DNA from: an uncultured Bacillota bacterium
GTDB taxonomy: Bacteria > Sysuimicrobiota > Sysuimicrobiia > Sysuimicrobiales > Segetimicrobiaceae
Direction: 5' to 3'
Assembly (NCBI GenBank): GCA_963804645.1
Contig: CAWDRG010000011.1
Coordinates: 128,001-192,000 of the forward strand
DNA: 64,000 nt
How positions within the stretch are numbered: position 1 is the stretch's first letter; every line of letters begins with the position of its first letter. A program made the translations under genes and the position numbers. Under the pieces are notes generated by a model. The model did not search any database, was not told the DNA's origin, and saw only the letters and a list, made by a program, of their open reading frames with translations. Of the stretch, positions 60,394 through 64,000 are shown piece after piece.

Positions 60394-60473
60394 CGACTCC
60401 GACGACGGCGAACGGCCGCGCGTCGACGGTCCCCCAAGGAATCCCGGCGCGGCCGCTCGAACCGATCAGGATC

Positions 60474-61151
60474 ATGACGCCCCCCGCGACTCGCAAGCCG
60501 GCCAAAATCTCGGTCCTGCTCGCCGACGATCACGCGATCGTGCGCCAGGGAGTCAAGATGATCCTCACCGCGGAGCCGGACATCGAGGTCGTCGGAGAAG
60601 CCGAGGACGGCCTCCAGGCGATCGAAATGGCCCGAGAGTTAAAGCCGAACGTCGCGGTCCTCGACGTCAGCATGCCCCGGCTCAACGGCATCGAAGCCAT
60701 GCGGCAGATCCGCGCGGCGCTGCCCCAGACGCAGGTCCTCGCGCTCACGATGCACGCGGACGATACGTACGTGTTCCAGTGCCTGAAGGCCGGCGCCTCG
60801 GGGTACGTGCTCAAGCGCGCCGCGGCGACCGATCTCGTCCAGGCTATCCGGGCCGCCCGCCGCGGCGAAGCGTTCCTCTATCCGGCCGTCGCGACGGCGG
60901 TCGTGGCCGACTATCTGAAGCGGCTGGAATCGGGCGAGGGACGGGAAGCCTACGACGGGCTCACCGAGCGGGAACGTGAGATCCTGACGCTCGTCGCCGA
61001 GGGCGTGACCAATCAGGACATCGCGCAGAAGCTGTACATCAGCATCAAGACGGTGCAGACGCACCGGGCGCACATCATGGAAAAACTCGGCCTCCACGAC
61101 CGCACCCAGCTCGTCCGCTACGCGATCCGCAAGGGGCTCATCGAAGCCTGA
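60474..61151 (+). CDS. NarL/LuxR-family response regulator
   Basis: LADDH, LDVSMP, LTMH, GYVLK, LTEREREIL...KTVQTHR. Confidence 0.93.
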   Translation: MTPPATRKPAKISVLLADDHAIVRQGVKMILTAEPDIEVVGEAEDGLQAIEMARELKPNVAVLDVSMPRLNGIEAMRQIRAALPQTQVLALTMHADDTYVFQCLKAGASGYVLKRAAATDLVQAIRAARRGEAFLYPAVATAVVADYLKRLESGEGREAYDGLTEREREILTLVAEGVTNQDIAQKLYISIKTVQTHRAHIMEKLGLHDRTQLVRYAIRKGLIEA

Positions 61152-61231
61152 CCCGTACACGCGCGCGCGCCGTGCCGCCGGGCTCCCCCAGCCCGACGGC
61201 ACGGACGTCGTCGTCGATCCGCCTGCGTGCG

Positions 61232-63715
61232 CTACGCCCCGGTGATCGGCGCCCAGTCGTTGGGGCCGGCGCCGCCGATGTACTTCTCGATCTGCACCAA
61301 TCCGGTGTGGCAGACCGGCCCCTGCGCCAGCTGCGACGTGCCGCGCTGGGCGGTGAGGTTATTGGCGCAGCCGCCCCGGTCCAGGCTGCCGATCGCCCCG
61401 GGCGTCTCCGGACGGTACCAGGCGCCTTCGTGGAGGATCACCACCTGCGGCCGCAGCCGCGGGGTCACCACCGCGCCGGCCAGCGCCTGCCCGCGGTCGT
61501 TGAACACGCGCACCACGTCGCCGGTCTGAATCGCGCGCGCAGCCGCGTCGGCCGGATTGATCCACACCGGCTCGTATCCGTTGACCTTGCTGAACTGATG
61601 CAGGGTGTCCACGTTGTCGTAGGACGAGTGCCGGCGAAACTGCGGGTGCTTGGTGATCAGGGCCAGCGGATACTGCTTCGCCTTCGCGCTGCCGAGCCAC
61701 TCGAACGGCTCCATCCACTGGGGCGTCGGCGGGCAGTCCGCGTAGCCGTACTTGGCGATCGCTTCGGAGTAGATCTCGATCTTCCCGGACGGCGTGTTGA
61801 GCGGGTTCGCGCCCGGATCCTTCCGGAACGCCGCGAATGCCACGTACGCCGCGCCTTCCTCGTCCACCGGCAGCTTGTAGTAGCCCACCTGCTTGAACCG
61901 GTCGTAGCTCATCGGGACCTTCCCGGCCGCGTAGAGCTTGCGCAGCCACGCGTCCTCGGTGTCCATCCCCAACGTGAACTTGTCCTTGAACCCGAGGCGC
62001 GCGGATAGCTCGGTGAACACCTCGAAGTCCGACTTCGACTCCCCGAGCGACGCGATGATCTGGTGCTGGTAGACGACGTACCGCCAGAACTGCGTGATGT
62101 CGTTGCGTTCGAACACGGTGTTGATCGGCAGCACGATATCGGCCATGCGCGCCGTCGGAGTCCACCAGCTGTCCTGGACAATGATCGTGTCGACCGTCTG
62201 GAGCGCGCGCAGGTTTTCGTTGATCTGATCGTGCTGATTCAGCACCGCGCCGCCCACCCAGTAGGCCAGCTTGACCGTCGACTTCCCGGGCATCGGATAC
62301 GGATACGTGCTGCCGTTGTGATGCACGGTGACCGGCGCGTTGAGCAGCGAGTATGCGAACTGCTGGTCCAAGAGCACCTGCTTGACCGGGTTCGCAACCC
62401 CCGGGAACAGGCCCGGCCCGGGCAGCGTCACGTGCGCGTCGCCCGCGCCGGCAAAGCCGGGGATCTCGAACGACAGCCCGCCGCCGGGCAGGCCGAACTC
62501 TCCCTTCATCGCCGCCAGCGTGATCAGCATCCGGACCTGCTGCTCCCCGTGATCGTTGCGCTGGATCCCGCGCGCGCAGGAGATCTTGACGCGCGGCGTC
62601 TGCGCGTACTCGCGCGCGAACGCGCGGATCCGGTCCGCCGGGATGTCCGTCAGCCCCGCGGCCCACTCCGGCGTCTTCGGCTGCTTGTCCGTCTCTCCCA
62701 TCACGTACTGCCGGAACGGTTCAAACCCGTACGTGTACGTGTCGATGAACGACTTGCTGTAGAGGTTCTCGGTGATCATCACGTAGGCCATCGCGGCCAT
62801 GAGCGCGCTGTCGCCGCCCGGGCGGATCGGCATCCAGACGTCGGCCATCTCGGCGGTCTGCGTGAACAGCGGATCGATCACGATCATCTTGATGCCCCGC
62901 TGCTTCATCGCCGCGAGCCAGTTCCGCACGCGCATGTACGACGGCCCGCGCACCTTCCAGTTGTCCACCGGGTCGGAGGCCCAGAAGATGAACGTCTTGG
63001 TGTTCTCGAGCGTGTCGGCCATCGAGTCGTCGGGATACATCTGCCCCCACGAGTACGGCGCCGCCCACTGCCAGCACGCGTAGCTCTTGTTGCCGATCAG
63101 GGTGGTGCAGCCCCCGTAGAGGTTGAGAAACCGCCCGACCTGTCCGAGTTTGGTGTTGAGGTTTCCGGCGGACTGCCAGCCGCCGATCACGCTGCCGAGG
63201 ATCGCCTCGTTCCCGTACCGCGTCTTGACGCGCTTGAGCTCCCCGGCGACCAGGTCGTAGGCCTCGTTCCAGGTGACGCGCCGGTACTTCGGCACGCCCC
63301 GCGTCGCCCGGTTGCCGCCGCCGCCCGGCTTCCAGTCCGCCCGCACCATCGGATAGAGGATGCGGTCCGAGGCGTAGACCCGATGGTGCCAGTTGAGCCC
63401 CATCGGCGACGCCTCGTTGTCGGGATAGTCGAGGCTGCCGAGCCGGACGATCCGCCCGTCCTTCACGTACACGTTCAGCAGCCCTTCGCTGTCGGCCGTC
63501 GTGAGCACCCGCTCCGTGCGGGCCGTCGGATCGAGCGGCGCATCGGGCATCGCCGCCGCGGGGGCCGAGGCCGCCGCCGCCCGCATGATCTCGGGTCCGG
63601 TCAGCAGCGCGGTTCCCGCCGTCGCCGCCCCCAGACCGAGGTGCTGCAAAAATCGCCGGCGGCTCACACCCGCCGGTCCGGCTGCCGTACGATCCACGTC
63701 ACTCGTCCCGCTCAT
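61232..63715 (-). CDS. Tat-exported bis-MGD molybdoenzyme, DMSO/TMAO/biotin-sulfoxide reductase-like
   Basis: SRRRFL, RILYPMVR, IRPGGD.ALM, PKTPEWA, DIVLP, TPSGKIE, VRVFNDRG, HEGAWY, GTSQLAQG; no N-terminal Cys cluster motif. Confidence 0.9.
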   Translation of the reverse strand: MSGTSDVDRTAAGPAGVSRRRFLQHLGLGAATAGTALLTGPEIMRAAAASAPAAAMPDAPLDPTARTERVLTTADSEGLLNVYVKDGRIVRLGSLDYPDNEASPMGLNWHHRVYASDRILYPMVRADWKPGGGGNRATRGVPKYRRVTWNEAYDLVAGELKRVKTRYGNEAILGSVIGGWQSAGNLNTKLGQVGRFLNLYGGCTTLIGNKSYACWQWAAPYSWGQMYPDDSMADTLENTKTFIFWASDPVDNWKVRGPSYMRVRNWLAAMKQRGIKMIVIDPLFTQTAEMADVWMPIRPGGDSALMAAMAYVMITENLYSKSFIDTYTYGFEPFRQYVMGETDKQPKTPEWAAGLTDIPADRIRAFAREYAQTPRVKISCARGIQRNDHGEQQVRMLITLAAMKGEFGLPGGGLSFEIPGFAGAGDAHVTLPGPGLFPGVANPVKQVLLDQQFAYSLLNAPVTVHHNGSTYPYPMPGKSTVKLAYWVGGAVLNQHDQINENLRALQTVDTIIVQDSWWTPTARMADIVLPINTVFERNDITQFWRYVVYQHQIIASLGESKSDFEVFTELSARLGFKDKFTLGMDTEDAWLRKLYAAGKVPMSYDRFKQVGYYKLPVDEEGAAYVAFAAFRKDPGANPLNTPSGKIEIYSEAIAKYGYADCPPTPQWMEPFEWLGSAKAKQYPLALITKHPQFRRHSSYDNVDTLHQFSKVNGYEPVWINPADAAARAIQTGDVVRVFNDRGQALAGAVVTPRLRPQVVILHEGAWYRPETPGAIGSLDRGGCANNLTAQRGTSQLAQGPVCHTGLVQIEKYIGGAGPNDWAPITGA

Positions 63716-64000
63716 CCACGCACCCCCTGGCGCATCCGCCGGTCAGCGGCATGCACACACCAATCGCCTCGGGGTACCACCCGCACCCAATTCGGCCCAC
63801 GCGTGCCGCGCCGTCGCCCTGGTTCATCACTTCGACGATAGCAACGGCGCCGCGCTCCGCCTATCCGTCCGCGGCCCGATTCCTCGCCGGGACGCAATGC
63901 CCCGGACCCGCGCGGGCGCGCGGGTCCGGGGAGACATCGCACGGCGTCAGAACGCGGCGCGCCGGGGGACGTGCATGGCGTGCCGCAGCCAGGCCTCGTC

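Noticed and set aside
1..64000. CRISPR arrays, cas genes, rRNA or known riboswitches
   Set aside because: No regularly spaced repeats or recognisable signatures found by eye; divergent riboswitches cannot be excluded without a covariance search.

Overview
High-GC bacterial chromosomal window with two parts. The left ~4 kb is an integration hotspot just downstream of a tRNA-Arg(UCG) gene. It holds the 5' part of a tyrosine integrase running off the window edge and a defective IS481-family element. Both ends of that element have been invaded: an intact IS4-family element (22-bp TIRs, 11-bp target duplication) sits in its right end, and an ORF-less group II intron (542-1352, minus strand, not shown by the ORF track) sits in its left end. 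The intron's EBS1 is complementary to the repeated IS481 end motif, and removing the intron restores the IS inverted repeat. The remaining ~60 kb is metabolic. It includes a Liv-type ABC operon interleaved with a GH127 beta-L-arabinofuranosidase and a three-subunit HcnABC/opine/D-hydroxyproline-dehydrogenase-like enzyme, next to a DHDPS-family lyase and a GH31 glycosidase. It also carries a sulfatase, typA, two creatininase paralogs, three Opp/Dpp permease pairs and two binding proteins without ATPases, an OmpR-type two-component system, a pgm-tal-pgi-gnd-pgl operon, rmuC, a peptidase/oxidase cluster and a Tat-exported TorA/BisC-like molybdoenzyme. All calls come from reading motifs by eye. 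No database searches were run and many start codons are best estimates.
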